A stretch of 38,521 nucleotides of DNA from Eubacteriales bacterium (GTDB taxonomy: Bacteria > Bacillota > Clostridia > Oscillospirales > CAG-272), in NCBI GenBank assembly GCA_045532555.1, contig JAZSGD010000137.1, forward strand, positions 1 to 38,521, read 5' to 3'. Positions 7,108 to 17,600 of this stretch are shown here, piece by piece. A program made the translations under genes and the position numbers. The notes beneath the pieces are model-generated. The model had not been told where the DNA came from. It made no database searches and was given only the letters and a program-made list of their open reading frames with translations. Position 1 is the stretch's first letter; each line of letters opens with the position of its first letter.

Positions 7108-10100
7108 ATGAAAAATAAGAAAATGTCAAAGTTTTTGTCGGCTCTGCTTGCCGTGGTAATGGTGATTATGGCAATGCCGATGAGTGCATTTGCGGCGGTC
7201 GCATCCGACTTGCCCGACAATATGGCAGACAGCCACATTCTCCGTGCCTTGGAGTACACGGGATACAACGTGCAGGCGCAGAAGAACGACGGAACACTGT
7301 ATCAATCAAACAGCTACGGCTCCCGAACACCGAGTAATATTCTCTCGGATATTTCTTACGGAACAAGCACCTCCGGTAAGGAGAACGTTGCCGACAGCAG
7401 CACCATATCGGGTCGAGCGCCCGACATTGCCACCTTTGAGAGCAAGGGTCTGTGCTGTGCTTCTTTTGTGACCTACTTTGTCTGCAACTACCTCCCTCAT
7501 ATCGAGGGCGTTGACACAAGCCTTATCAGTGATGCCGTTGCCGCAACGGGTTGGAACTCCCAAGCTGTTGTTACTTGGCAAAAAGCGTTGAACGGTCTTG
7601 TGGACGAGGGTAAAATCGAGAAAATCGGAACAAGCGCATCCAATGTGGATCATAGCAAGCTGACCCCCGGTGACTTGATTATCTTTGGCACAGCGGAAAA
7701 CTCACACACCCACATTGCCGTTTACTCCGGCACCTATAAAGGTGTGGACTATATTATCCACGTGGGCAACGACCGTGGCCCCGAAATCTCCCGTGTTGAT
7801 TGGATGGGGCAAGCCGGTGACAAGTCCAGCTATCCCAATGCCTACTACCATCTTCCCATAGAGTATTGGGAGGATGACGGCAGCATCGAGGTTTACAAAA
7901 AGGATACCGACGGCAAAGCACTTGCAGGTGCGGTGTTCATTGCCACCGAAACTACAACGGGACAGCAATATCGCATCGGCCCTACCGACAGTAGCGGCTA
8001 TGCGAAGTCCGAAATGCCTATCCCTTACGGCGATTATAAGATTGTCGAGAGTGTATTTCCCACCAATTACCGAGCCTACGGGACTACATCCTGGACTAAA
8101 ACTCTTAACAAAGACACCCCCAATGCAACCATTACCATCAATGCGGTAAATGAGATTATCCCCGGCAACTGCAAGATTGTAAAAACAAGCGAGGACGGTG
8201 TAGTGGACGGTGTTTCCTTTACTCTTTCGGGTAATGGAGTGAATAAGACCGTTACCACCGCAAACGGCGGCGAGGTCACAATTTCCGACTTGAAACCCGG
8301 CACTTACACCGTGACCGAGGAAAATATCGACTATTACGAACCGCAGGAGGTTCGCACCGTTACCATTGTCAGCGGACAGACTGCAACCGTTACTTTTAAT
8401 AACACCTTGAAGCGTGGCGAATTGAAGGTGGTTAAGACCAGCGAGGACAATATGGTGGAGGGCGTTCAGTTTAAGCTCTCCGGCACGTCCCTTTCGGGGC
8501 ATACGGTGGAACAGTTTGCCGTGACCGATAAAAACGGTGTTGCTGTTTTTGAAGATGTGCTCATTACAGGTCATACCGCTTACACCTTGGAGGAAGTGAA
8601 CGTCGAGGAAAAATATATCGTTCCCGACACACAGACCGCTGTTATCGAATGGCAGAAAGTGACCGAGAAATCCTTTTATAACGAACTTAAAAGAGGTAGT
8701 GTTAAGGTCACAAAGTCCTCTGAGGACGGCTTTGTGGAGGGTGTTACTTTCCGTCTGAAAGGCACTTCTCTTTCGGGAGCAACTATCAATCTCACCGCCA
8801 AAACCGACCATACAGGCGTTGCAATGTTTAACGACGTGCTGATCGGTACGGGATATGAACTGACCGAGGAAAACGTGGCTATGCGTTACGTGCTCCCCGA
8901 AGCGCAGAATGTTGACGTTAAGTGGAACGAGGTCACGGGTGCAACGGTTAAAAACATCTTGAAGAAATGGAGAGCTGATGTATTCAAGGTGGATGCCGAT
9001 ATTTACTTTGGTGACGATAATTTTGAAGAAGCTGTTCCTATGACCCTTGCGGTTGACTCCGATATGCTCGTCACCGAATACGGTTGGCCATACGGAGAAA
9101 CCCAAGGCGACGCAACCCTTGAAGGTGCGGTGTACGGTGTGTTCAAAAACGGCGTGTTGCTTGACACCTACACCACGGATAAGAACGGCTATTTTTTGAC
9201 CGACTATTATCCGTGCGACGGCAGTTACTATTACTTGCAGGAGATTTCACCGTCCGAGGGGTACTTGCTTGACCCTTATGAGTATTACGTGGACGCATAT
9301 CCCGGCAACTACACCGTAGAACTCAATACCGAGTATATCGACGTGTATGAGGATATTATCAAAGGCACCATTGCCCTTGTAAAACACACCGATGACGGTA
9401 AGACCCAAATTGAAACTCCCGAAGTTGGTGCGGAATTTGAGGTTTACTTGAAAAGCGCAGGCAGCTTTGAAAACGGCAAGGACGAGGAAAAAGCAATCCT
9501 TGTAATTGACGAAACGGGCGTTGCCGAAATTGAACTGCCTTACGGTGTATATGTAGTAAAGCAAATCAAGGGTTGGGAGGGCAAAGAACTGTTACCCGCT
9601 TTTGAGGTCAGCATCGACACCGACGAGAAAATCTACCGCTTTATTATCAATAATGCCGTATTTGAGTCCGACATTCAGATCGTGAAAAAGGATGCCGAAA
9701 CAGGCAAGGTTATTCCTGCGGCGGGCATTGGCTTTAAGGTGCTGAATACCGACACTGGCGAATTTGTGGTACAGCGTATCAATTATCCTACTCCTGTGGA
9801 TATTGAGGTGTACTACACCGATGAAACGGGTATGCTGATGCTTCCGCACTCTCTCCCTTACGGCAATTATCAGATTATAGAAGAAACCATTTCCGCTACG
9901 GGTGAATACGTCCTTGATACCACTCCCGTAGATTTCAAGGTGGACGGCACAAGTGACCTTGTTGTAGTGGAAAAGTTGAACTATGCACAGAAAGGCACGA
10001 TTACCGTTACCAAACAGGGCGAGGTCTTTTCCTCTGTTACCGAGCAGGACGGTATGTATCAGCCCGTTTACGAAATTAAGGGTCTTGCAGGTGCGGTATA

Positions 10101-11751
10101 TGAAATCACCGCAGCCGAGGACATTGTGACCCTTGATGGCACGACCCGTTATACCAAGGGCGAGGTCGTTGACACTATTACAACGGCGGCAGACGGAACA
10201 GCCGTGAGCCGTGAACTCTATCTCGGAAAATACCAAATTTCCGAAATCACCGCACCCTTTGGAATGGTGCTCAACAACGAAAAGGTTGATGTGGAGCTTG
10301 TGTATGCCGGACAGGAAATTGCCGTTACAAGCACCTCTGCCTCCTTTGTCAATGAGCGACAGAAGGTGGAAATCGACCTTGCAAAGAACCTTGAAATTGA
10401 CGAACTTTTCGGCATCGGAAATAACGGTGAAATCAGCAAAGTACAGTTTGGCTTGTATGCGGCTGAGGATATGAACGCCGAGGACGGCAAGGTTATTCCC
10501 AAGGACGGACTTATTGAAACTGCCTACTGTGATGAAAACGGCAAGATTGCCTTTATGACAGATCTTCCCGTGGGAGCAAGCGTGTATATCAAGGAAATCG
10601 CAACCGACGCTCATTATATTCTTTCCGATACCGCTTATCCCGTAGTCTTTGAGTATGCGGGGCAGGATACCGAAACCGTTAAGATCAGCGTAAATGACGG
10701 TGCTACCATTGAAAACAAGATCATCCGTGGCAACATTCTCGGCAAGAAATTGGACGAGGACGGCTTTGCCATCTGCGGTGCGCTGTTCGGCTTGTTCCGT
10801 GAGAACGAAACCGAGTTTACCGCAGACACCGCATTGATGACCTGCGAGAGCAACGAAATCGGTGTGTTCCTTTTTGAAAACGTACCTTTCGGCAGATACG
10901 TGGTGCGTGAAATCAAGGCGGCTCCCGCTTTCGTGCTGAACGAAAACAGTTATGCTGTGACGGTAAGCGAGGACGGTGAAACGGTGGAAATCGTCATTGA
11001 GAACCGCTTTATTGTCGGCTCCGTGCAGACCACCAAGGTTGATAAGGATTATCCCGAAAATAAGCTAACGGGAGCCGTGTTTGAAATCTATGTGGACGTG
11101 GACGGCAACGGCGAGTTTAATGCGGAAATCGACAAGCTCGTAGGTGAAATGACCGAAGTGGAAACGGGCGTTTACCGTATGGATAACCTGCGATATAACG
11201 GCTATTTCCTTTACGAAAAGACCGCACCCGAATTTTTCAATAAGGATGACGGCTATTATTATTTTGAGATCACCGCAGACGGCGAAACCGTCATTGTTGA
11301 AAATGAAGCAGGTATTGGCTTTGTGAACACCGCCAAGGTTGGCTCTCTTAAAATCGTAAAGACCTCCTCCGACGGCGTAGTGGAAGGCTTCTCCTTCCGT
11401 GTTACCGGCACAAACGGTTATGACGAAGTGTTCACCACCGATGCAAACGGTGAAATCATCATTGAAAACCTCCGCATTGACGGCGAGTACGTTGTATCCG
11501 AGGTGTCCGATGAGAAGAACGCCGATTATATCCTCCCCGAAGATAAGACGGCGGCAGTAATCGAGGGTTCCGTTACCATCGTAGAGATGCACAACGAACG
11601 CAAACCCGAACCTGAACCCGAAGTACCCGACTCTCCGCAGACGGGCGATAACAGTAATCTTCCTCTTTGGTTCGGCTTGATGGGTCTGTCCGGTGCTTCT
11701 CTTATTGGTATTGCCCTTTATAGCAGAAAAAGACGCAGAGAGGAGTTGTAA
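7108..11751 (+). CDS. sortase-anchored surface protein: N-terminal NlpC/P60- or CHAP-like cysteine peptidase domain plus many Cna-B/SpaA-type repeat domains
   Basis: Signal peptide MKNKKMSKFLSALLAVVMVIMAMPMSAFA. Cys/His peptidase pattern KGLCCASFVTYF ... GDLIIFGTAENSHTHIAVYSG...IIHVGN. Repeated modules resemble G.LKVVKTSEDG.VEGV.F.L.GTS. The C-terminal SPQTG (11632-11646) is followed by a hydrophobic helix and RKRRREEL. Confidence 0.85.
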   Translation: MKNKKMSKFLSALLAVVMVIMAMPMSAFAAVASDLPDNMADSHILRALEYTGYNVQAQKNDGTLYQSNSYGSRTPSNILSDISYGTSTSGKENVADSSTISGRAPDIATFESKGLCCASFVTYFVCNYLPHIEGVDTSLISDAVAATGWNSQAVVTWQKALNGLVDEGKIEKIGTSASNVDHSKLTPGDLIIFGTAENSHTHIAVYSGTYKGVDYIIHVGNDRGPEISRVDWMGQAGDKSSYPNAYYHLPIEYWEDDGSIEVYKKDTDGKALAGAVFIATETTTGQQYRIGPTDSSGYAKSEMPIPYGDYKIVESVFPTNYRAYGTTSWTKTLNKDTPNATITINAVNEIIPGNCKIVKTSEDGVVDGVSFTLSGNGVNKTVTTANGGEVTISDLKPGTYTVTEENIDYYEPQEVRTVTIVSGQTATVTFNNTLKRGELKVVKTSEDNMVEGVQFKLSGTSLSGHTVEQFAVTDKNGVAVFEDVLITGHTAYTLEEVNVEEKYIVPDTQTAVIEWQKVTEKSFYNELKRGSVKVTKSSEDGFVEGVTFRLKGTSLSGATINLTAKTDHTGVAMFNDVLIGTGYELTEENVAMRYVLPEAQNVDVKWNEVTGATVKNILKKWRADVFKVDADIYFGDDNFEEAVPMTLAVDSDMLVTEYGWPYGETQGDATLEGAVYGVFKNGVLLDTYTTDKNGYFLTDYYPCDGSYYYLQEISPSEGYLLDPYEYYVDAYPGNYTVELNTEYIDVYEDIIKGTIALVKHTDDGKTQIETPEVGAEFEVYLKSAGSFENGKDEEKAILVIDETGVAEIELPYGVYVVKQIKGWEGKELLPAFEVSIDTDEKIYRFIINNAVFESDIQIVKKDAETGKVIPAAGIGFKVLNTDTGEFVVQRINYPTPVDIEVYYTDETGMLMLPHSLPYGNYQIIEETISATGEYVLDTTPVDFKVDGTSDLVVVEKLNYAQKGTITVTKQGEVFSSVTEQDGMYQPVYEIKGLAGAVYEITAAEDIVTLDGTTRYTKGEVVDTITTAADGTAVSRELYLGKYQISEITAPFGMVLNNEKVDVELVYAGQEIAVTSTSASFVNERQKVEIDLAKNLEIDELFGIGNNGEISKVQFGLYAAEDMNAEDGKVIPKDGLIETAYCDENGKIAFMTDLPVGASVYIKEIATDAHYILSDTAYPVVFEYAGQDTETVKISVNDGATIENKIIRGNILGKKLDEDGFAICGALFGLFRENETEFTADTALMTCESNEIGVFLFENVPFGRYVVREIKAAPAFVLNENSYAVTVSEDGETVEIVIENRFIVGSVQTTKVDKDYPENKLTGAVFEIYVDVDGNGEFNAEIDKLVGEMTEVETGVYRMDNLRYNGYFLYEKTAPEFFNKDDGYYYFEITADGETVIVENEAGIGFVNTAKVGSLKIVKTSSDGVVEGFSFRVTGTNGYDEVFTTDANGEIIIENLRIDGEYVVSEVSDEKNADYILPEDKTAAVIEGSVTIVEMHNERKPEPEPEVPDSPQTGDNSNLPLWFGLMGLSGASLIGIALYSRKRRREEL

Positions 11752-11754
11752 GCC

Positions 11755-11847
11755 GTGGATGTTAAAACAATGATCGGTTTAGGGTTGTTTTTGGCAGTAG
11801 GCGCATTGCTGATCTATTTCAGAATCCGCAACGCAAGGAAAAAGTGA
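11755..11847 (+). CDS. possible 30-aa single-pass membrane peptide
   Basis: GTG at 11755 lies 9 nt after AGGAG (an in-frame ATG is at 11770). The product is VDVKTMIGLGLFLAVGALLIYFRIRNARKK. It is very short, so the call is weak. Confidence 0.25.
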   Translation: MDVKTMIGLGLFLAVGALLIYFRIRNARKK

Positions 11848-11853
11848 CCCGTG

Positions 11854-11879
11854 GGGGCGGCTGAAAAGCCGTCCCTTTT
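11854..11879 (+). terminator. rho-independent terminator after the adhesin region
   Basis: GGGGCGGC (11854-11861) pairs with GCCGTCCC (11868-11875), with loop TGAAAA, followed by TTTT. Confidence 0.55.
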
Positions 11880-11914
11880 ACATACCGACAATTCAGTAAA
11901 AGGAGATGTGAGCA

Positions 11915-12529
11915 ATGGAACAGACAAAACGAATGGCGGAAAACTACGAGATAAAAAACTCTTTCCGCATAGGTCAAAGTGAGGTTGTTTTCGGCGTAGA
12001 TGAACACAGCGAAAACCCGTTTTTTTGCGGCTTCTGCGAAAAGGAAAACCTTATCGTCATGGTTCGTGAACGGTACACGGAATGTATGGTGGGTAACGAC
12101 TACATTGGTATGTTGGAGTTGTTTGCCGACCGTGTAAAGGAACTGACCGAAAAAGTACGGGCAGAATGGGCAAAGATAACCGTCCCCCGTGAACCTATCA
12201 CCCCCGATATGTGTTATCCCAACGATTACGATAAAAGCATCGTCGATGAAGTCGTGGCAATCAAAAAGACGGTGTTTCGACCCGAATATCAGAGCGCCGA
12301 CCGTCAGCTTGTATATGTTACGGGCGGTAACGGAGCCAAGGGCAACCCACACGGCAGGGCGTGTTTCTGCAAGAACCTTTACACCGGAGAAGAACTACGG
12401 TACGAGCGTTATGAGGTTGAGGGTGTAGTCAAGCCGGAGTGTATGCCCGAATGGGCAAAGGAACGGCTTGCAGAAATTCAAAAGCAGATACAAGCCGAAA
12501 AACAAGCACAACGAAGGGAGGAACGATAA
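11915..12529 (+). CDS. hypothetical protein (204 aa) with CxxC...CxC cysteines
   Basis: SD AAAGGAG lies upstream. Cysteine motifs are FFCGFCEKEN and GRACFCKN. It ends in ...RREER with a TAATG overlap into the next ORF. Confidence 0.6.
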   Translation: MEQTKRMAENYEIKNSFRIGQSEVVFGVDEHSENPFFCGFCEKENLIVMVRERYTECMVGNDYIGMLELFADRVKELTEKVRAEWAKITVPREPITPDMCYPNDYDKSIVDEVVAIKKTVFRPEYQSADRQLVYVTGGNGAKGNPHGRACFCKNLYTGEELRYERYEVEGVVKPECMPEWAKERLAEIQKQIQAEKQAQRREER

Positions 12530-12801
12530 TGAGCAGAACCAATGCAGGATATACCATTACCGACTCTATTTTTATCGGTAAGGCGGAGTTTGTAATCGGA
12601 CATAACCCCTCCTTCTCCACACCGTATGTCACGTGGGAATGTAAGGACGGCGACAATTACTTTTGGGGTCATTATTTGACTGAGCGAAAAGCCGCCGAAA
12701 GAGATCTCTTGGAGAGAGCGCAGACCGAACTCAGCCTGCAGGAACAGCAGAAACCGCCGCAGACAGAAAACAAGGATAAAGGAAAGGAGCGTGATCGCTG
12801 A
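12529..12801 (+). CDS. hypothetical protein (90 aa)
   Basis: I prefer ATG 12529, which has SD GGGAGG 6 nt upstream and shares a base with the preceding stop, over the track start at 12439. The track start would overlap the upstream gene by 90 nt. Confidence 0.55.
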   Translation: MSRTNAGYTITDSIFIGKAEFVIGHNPSFSTPYVTWECKDGDNYFWGHYLTERKAAERDLLERAQTELSLQEQQKPPQTENKDKGKERDR

Positions 12802-13754
12802 TGAATATGACGTTACAGGTGCTCCCCGAAAAGCACCGACTTTACACCTATGCACAGAGTCAGCAGATTTATGGGCAAACAGGTTGTATCGGTCATTTGC
12901 GTGGCGATATGGACAGTAACGGCACGGGGTTCTTTACCTCTTGGGATAATCATTGTGAAAACCTTAAAACCGATGCGTTCAAGGCGGAATTTGACACCGT
13001 TATCAATATGCTCCGCTTTGATGAAAGGTACGGCGGCATCCTTAAAAACCGCAGCTCAATGGCGGGATACTGCTACGGAAAACCCGAAAGCGGCTTTGAC
13101 GGCAACTACTGCCGTGAATACGCTTTTAGAGCAGACACCGATAACTACTCATACCTTATGCGGCTAAACCCCAATAAGGGCGACTACAACTTTTACATTT
13201 ACGCCTATCAGCGTGAATGGCTCGACCGTCATTTGAAGAACGCCGAGAAAGGTATCCGTTTTATTAAACCCGACTATACAACGCTATTTCGCATTGAAGA
13301 TTTTGACAAGGTGCGTATCACCTTTTATAACGGCGACAGCGTTGACTATACCTGCCGCTATATTGACGAGTACCACGTAGAGGTTGGCTCAAACCTCTAT
13401 CATATCTGTCAATTTGCAGAGATTATGCAGAGGAACGGAAACAAGGTAATTCCGCTTCGTGCATCCCTGCCCGAAACCTGTTACAGCACCCTTGCCAATA
13501 CGGGCGAAATCGTCATTATTAAGCGTGGTGAAAGTGGCTATTATCCCACCGACATTCCCGCAAAAGACCTTGCAGAAGCAAAGGAAATCGTTGATGAAAT
13601 GAACGAGAAAGGCGGTGTTTCCAAAGCACAAGCCGAAGCTATGAAGGTCGGTTCAATGTTTGGCTGGGCGGCTCCTGCCGCAGATCCCGCAAATTATGAT
13701 AAAAGCGGAAAATTGATACCGCCCAATAGGAACGTCCGAGGTGATGAACGATGA
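12801..13754 (+). CDS. hypothetical protein (317 aa), ICE-conserved type
   Basis: TGATG stop/start overlap with the previous ORF, with SD AAAGGAG. No domain is named with confidence. Confidence 0.6.
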   Translation: MNMTLQVLPEKHRLYTYAQSQQIYGQTGCIGHLRGDMDSNGTGFFTSWDNHCENLKTDAFKAEFDTVINMLRFDERYGGILKNRSSMAGYCYGKPESGFDGNYCREYAFRADTDNYSYLMRLNPNKGDYNFYIYAYQREWLDRHLKNAEKGIRFIKPDYTTLFRIEDFDKVRITFYNGDSVDYTCRYIDEYHVEVGSNLYHICQFAEIMQRNGNKVIPLRASLPETCYSTLANTGEIVIIKRGESGYYPTDIPAKDLAEAKEIVDEMNEKGGVSKAQAEAMKVGSMFGWAAPAADPANYDKSGKLIPPNRNVRGDER

Positions 13755-14293
13755 CCGAGCAAAAGCGCATTATCTGGAGTAATGACCTTAACTATGAGGA
13801 TTGGCGTGAGGATTTGGAAGCGGAATATCCCGATATGACCGAGAGTGAGCGTATTGCCTTGATGTATGAAATCAACGGCAATTACCTTGATGACGAGCGC
13901 AGTAATCTTAACGTGCAGTTATCACAGCCCATCCTTGTGATTGCCGACCTTGGTTTATGGCACGGCAGGCGTATGGGATATAAGGAAATCGAAAGTGGCA
14001 ACATCAAGGATTGTCTGTACTCCGATACCGACTACGTGACTTGGTATGTTGACCGCTTGGGCGATCTTCGTTGCGATGCTGCACACCACGACGGCACAAA
14101 CCATTACCTCTACCGCACCTATAAAGCAGGTGTGAGCGAAGCACAAATTGACAACTTAAAAGAGAAATTATATTACGGTACGGCGACCCGCACCGATATA
14201 ACGAGATTGACCCGTAGGCTTGGCGATGATATTGCCAAAGTTTACGGGTTTTCCATTCTCCGAATGGTACAGGCCGCAGACCGAGAAAGGTAG
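13751..14293 (+). CDS. hypothetical acidic protein (180 aa)
   Basis: ATGA overlap with the previous ORF, with SD GAGGTGAT. No domain recognised. Confidence 0.6.
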   Translation: MTEQKRIIWSNDLNYEDWREDLEAEYPDMTESERIALMYEINGNYLDDERSNLNVQLSQPILVIADLGLWHGRRMGYKEIESGNIKDCLYSDTDYVTWYVDRLGDLRCDAAHHDGTNHYLYRTYKAGVSEAQIDNLKEKLYYGTATRTDITRLTRRLGDDIAKVYGFSILRMVQAADRER

Positions 14294-14302
14294 GAACTTA
14301 TT

Positions 14303-14599
14303 ATGGGACAGTACCCCTCTATAAAACTGACAATGCACCCGTCGATGTTCAATCTGCTTATGACCGTTTTGGAGAAAAATGCAGAAGCCGTACCGCAGGA
14401 GCGTGAACGGGAACGGGCAAAGGAATTGATCGAAAAGCGTATGCGGTTCAGCCGTGTGTATTCCGATGAGAACGGCGATTACGTCAGCGTTATTATGTAC
14501 GACAGCGAAGCGGCGGAAACGGTATGGCAGCTCCTTGTTGCCAGCACCAATCACTACGAGGTCACAAAAGACTATACAGAAAAACTCAAACGAGGATAA
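14303..14599 (+). CDS. hypothetical protein (98 aa)
   Basis: A purine-rich SD lies upstream, and the gene sits 12 nt before the SD of the giant ORF. Confidence 0.55.
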   Translation: MGQYPSIKLTMHPSMFNLLMTVLEKNAEAVPQERERERAKELIEKRMRFSRVYSDENGDYVSVIMYDSEAAETVWQLLVASTNHYEVTKDYTEKLKRG

Positions 14600-14611
14600 G
14601 GAGGTGTTACA

Positions 14612-17600
14612 ATGGCAAGCAAATATGAGATTATTACGGCGTTATACCGTGAGAGCGTAAAAGGGCTTGCTAAAAATCATCATACTTGGACGGCGTTTCT
14701 TCACTCCGCTTGTTATAACTACCGCTTACCCTTTGATGAACAGGTGTTAATCCACGCACAGCGGCCCGATGCGACGGCTGTGCTTGAAATCGAGGGTAAA
14801 AACGGATGGAATCAGAAGTTTGGCAGATGGGTCAACCGCTATGCCACAGGTATTGCGGTGTTTGACCGTCATCACGCAGGACGACAAAGGTTAAAATACT
14901 ACTTTGATATTTCCGATACCCACGAAAGCCGCTTTGCAAGACCGGTGCCGATATGGGAATATAAACCCGAATATGAGGCGGCGGTCATTGAAGCACTTGA
15001 AAACCGCTTCGGTGAGCTGAGAGATAAATCCGATCTGCAATCGGCATTACATTCCGTTGCGAAAAATGCGGTTGAGGACAATCTTCCCGACTATCTCTCC
15101 GAACTGATCCGCTACCGTGCGGACAGTTTCTTGGAGGATTACGATGACCTTAACGTAGAGGTTATCTACCGCAGATTGCTTGAAAACAGCGTTGCCTATA
15201 TGCTGATGTCAAGGTGCGGCTTGGATGTGGACGAATACTTTGAGGTTGACGATTTTAACGACGTTATCAACTTTAATTCTCCCGACACGATGAACACACT
15301 GGGCGTTTCTACAAGCGATATTGCCGAAAACTGCCTTGGTGCTATTGCCTTGACCGTAAGAAATCTGCAACGGGAAGAAAAAAAGGAAAATCGCACATTT
15401 GCGGAAAATGCCGAAAAAGAGTATCCTATTGTCAGCAAGCCGAAAACTATGAGCGAAAGGAGTATTGAAGATGGAACTGACCTACACGATGAAGAACGGC
15501 TATCGTCTGCCGAACCTGTTGCCCCCGCAAGAGCCGGAGGTTCACCTTGGGAAATACGCATTGCTTCGCAGAAGGTATCTGCAACAGAACCGAAAAGTGA
15601 GGTTCACCAATCTGCTGACGTCGGGCAAGCTGAACGAGCACCTGATGGAAGTGGACAAAGCGGCAAACGAGAGGATGGAACTCTTGGTAGCACAGATGGC
15701 ACAAGCCGAGGGCATCACGGAGGAAATGAAAGCCACCAATCAGATGAAATGGGTGGGACTGATGAACAACATCCGAATGTCGGCGGAGGAACAAGTGCTG
15801 AAAGAGCTGATTTACGAATAAACGACGAAAACGCAGGTGGTGAGGAACTACCTGCGTTTTTGGATGAAAGGCTCATTATGGGTATCATCGCCAATAAGGA
15901 CGATGACCTTAAATTCAAAAAGCATCAAATCGAGCTTTTTTTCTCGGTTCACACCGACCCGAAGGAACGGGCGGAATATCTTAAATCGGCGTATCACGAC
16001 CGCTATACTGAGGTTATTTTGGACGGCGGTGTACGATGCGGATATAAGCCGCAGGAGGACGGACTTCTTATGTGGGAGGGTGCATACCTTTCCCGCACCA
16101 AGGAGTCCGTTTTTTCTTGGGATTGTATTGTCGGCTTTACCGACCAACTTATCAAGAAAAAGGAATATTCTCCCGGTATTATCAACCGCCGAACAAAGAA
16201 ACTACCCCCGCAGGACTCTAATCAGCTAACCCTATTTGACGTATTCGATATGGGTGTGGTAGAACCTTCCGAGGAAACGCCGCAGCTATCCCTATTCCCC
16301 AAGTGGGAGGCTTCACAGCAGATCATTGATGAAACCCTCTGCATCGGAGCCAACGAGCGTAAAAGCCTTTTGGATATTTGCGCCCGCTTTATGAAAGATA
16401 TGTCCGTAGAGGAAAACGCCGAATGGCTGAAAGAACATTACGGCACAAGCGGTACGGGGTTTTTCTTTGAGGGTCGCAGAATTGCCGTATGGTACGACGA
16501 AAACGGCATCCGTATCGGTGAGGGTGACACCGCCCAGCGTTCCACGGCCACGGTTGTCACTTGGGAGCAAGCCGCAAAGCGTATCCGAGAACTGCTTGAC
16601 CTCGGACGATATATTCCACAAAGTCTGATTGACAAAGCGGCAGATCACGAATACGAGCAGGTTGCATTAAATCTCCTGTATATTACCAACGATTTTACCG
16701 ATAGAAATGCCCCGTATAACCAAGTTATTCAAGGCGTTATCAATCAGCGGGGCGGCTATCCCGTTATGACGGAGCAACTTTCAAATTTGCTGAAAGATCA
16801 AGATGCACTTGCTCAAATTGTGAAGGAATGGGAGGTGTTTACCGCCGCCCATAAAGAAAACCCTGACCTTTTGCGGTTCCGTTGGTATCGACCGCAAAAA
16901 TGGTTAGAGCGTTTGCGAAACCTTCAGCGAGAGCCGGTCATTTTCCGAGCCGAAGAAGGCTTTGACCCCAAGCGAGAACGATTTATCACCAAGGATGAGT
17001 TGGACAGACTCTTACGAGGTTCGGAACAGCGTTCCGATTACCGTCTTGGTGTGTATTCTTTCTTCCGTACCCACAAGGATGCGAAAGAGCGTGAGAAATA
17101 TCTGCGTGAAAAGTTTGGAACGGGCGGCGGCACTTACGATGGCAATGCCTATACCAACCACGACGGAAAAGGATACTCCTTCAGCCGTGGGGATATTATG
17201 ACCCCCTTTGCAAAAATAACCCTATCCTGGGCGCAGGTAACGAAACGCATCACTGAGCTGTATAACCGCAATTCTTTCCTTACCGAGCAGGACAAGGAAG
17301 GTATGGCGGAGTATGAACTTCGTGAGCTTGGGCATATCGTTCACAACGGCTTTTTCGGTGCTTCGGACGAACACCCCAAACCGTTCACCGATAATGATAC
17401 GGTGAGATATTGGGATAATGTAAAATCCGTTGCCGAGCAGTTAAAAGACCCCAACCGAGCAGAGGTTATCTATACGACAATGCTCCTGCCTTTATGGGAA
17501 AGTACCCTGCCCAACGACCGCTATTATGAGCACCGCAAAAAGGCGGTTGAAGCCTTACAGCAGTACCGTGACGGTGTGTTCTCTGTGTTTGGAAACGGTC

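Noticed and set aside
7702-10614. Very long minus-strand ORFs (7702-9105 at 467 aa, 9592-10614 at 340 aa, and also 11065-11592) antisense to the adhesin gene
   Set aside because: They lie wholly opposite a gene with clear signal peptide, domain-repeat and sorting-signal architecture. Their translations are motif-free and low in complexity, and no SD or start context is present. They are typical shadow ORFs produced by codon bias.
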